DNA of 64,000 nucleotides, from positions 480,001 to 544,000 of the forward strand of contig CAWDSK010000003.1 of the NCBI GenBank assembly GCA_963804995.1, given 5' to 3'. Position 1 is the first letter of the stretch; every line of letters starts with the position of its first letter. Origin of the DNA: an uncultured Acidobacteriota bacterium (GTDB taxonomy: Bacteria; Acidobacteriota; Terriglobia; UBA7540). This document shows positions 62,297-64,000 of the stretch, one piece after another. The notes below the pieces were generated by a model, which was not told where the DNA came from, ran no database searches, and worked only from the letters and a program-made list of their open reading frames with translations. The position numbers and the translations under genes were made by a program.

Positions 62297-62444
62297 TTCA
62301 TTAATCAAGTAAGCGCGATGAAGGCTGTTTCATGAATTTGGAATTATGGATGCGACATTCTCTTGAAGCCCTTATCGTTTGAGCCTTTTCGCGCAGACAG
62401 TGTAGGGACAATCTGTACAACCGTGCCTTTAGACTTTGACTTAG

Positions 62445-63518
<1,074 letters not shown>

Positions 63519-63522
63519 AAGA

Positions 63523-63702
63523 GCAGTAGGCAGTAAGCAGTAAGCACTAGGCAGTAGGCAGCGGGCGGCTTTCCGTAGTTCGTGGTCAGTCGTCCGTTGC
63601 CCACTGTCGGACCTGTTTCCCGCAGGCGAACCAAGGTTGGCGAATGGTATCTTGCTCCCCACCAGGGGACCACCCTTGCAACGGACCACGGACTACTGGA
63701 CC
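63523..63702. repeat. Heptamer repeats (CAGTAGG/CAGTAAG) plus inverted GTCCGTTG/CAACGGAC repeats in the gap-pgk spacer
   Basis: First block is the reverse complement of the repeat family at 1005-1166. Confidence 0.75.
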
Positions 63703-63744
63703 CCGTCCAACTCGCTTCACATCCTGATATGAGGAATCATACCT

Positions 63745-64000
63745 ATGCCCAAACTTTCAGTTCGTGACCTCGACCCCAAAGGTAAGCGCATCTTCATGCG
63801 CGTGGATTTCAACGTGCCCATGAATGATGCTGGTGAGATTACCGATGACACTCGCATTCAAGCTTCTCTGCCCACCATCAAGCTGATTTTGGAGCGCGGC
63901 GGCCGCCTGATTCTGGCTTCGCACCTGGGGCGGCCCAAAGGGAAGCCCAATCCGAAAATGAGCTTACAACCGGCCGCGATGCGGCTCGGTTTAATGCTCG
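63745..64000 (+). CDS. pgk: Phosphoglycerate kinase (5' part, runs off the window)
   Basis: Own translation: [23 protein letters not shown]...DDTRI...LPTI...SHLGRPKG. Confidence 0.95.
   Translation, partial: MPKLSVRDLDPKGKRIFMRVDFNVPMNDAGEITDDTRIQASLPTIKLILERGGRLILASHLGRPKGKPNPKMSLQPAAMRLGLML

Overview
GC-rich bacterial chromosome segment. Gene content (Oar-like TonB receptors, wHTH-kinase-propeller, ASPIC/UnbV FG-GAP, S9 peptidases) suggests Acidobacteriota, but this is inference. Housekeeping genes (rnc-lepB-asmA, aroA, nrdR, nuoI, HU, sixA, gap-pgk) alternate with repeat-rich accessory DNA. No rRNA, tRNA or CRISPR-cas was recognised. Main observations: (1) a non-coding array of nine ~32-bp repeat units, eight carrying a fixed-spacing sigma-28-like promoter on the minus strand, with mosaic spacers (26.6 kb and 31.9-33.3 kb); (2) a 4.9-kb transposase-less cassette with terminal inverted repeats and a target duplication, inserted into a REP inside that array; (3) a two-gene DDE IS with perfect 18-bp TIRs whose 21-bp target duplication is an entire REP hairpin; (4) REP doublets inserted in frame inside a kinase gene; (5) a deiodinase-like selenoprotein with UGA and a SECIS-like hairpin; (6) a nested ISKra4/IS256/IS200 cluster; (7) a dispersed ~450-bp promoter-bearing repeat; (8) four gene disruptions and several D-to-N changes that all map to CGAC, suggesting a methylation-linked sequencing artefact or mutation hotspot.
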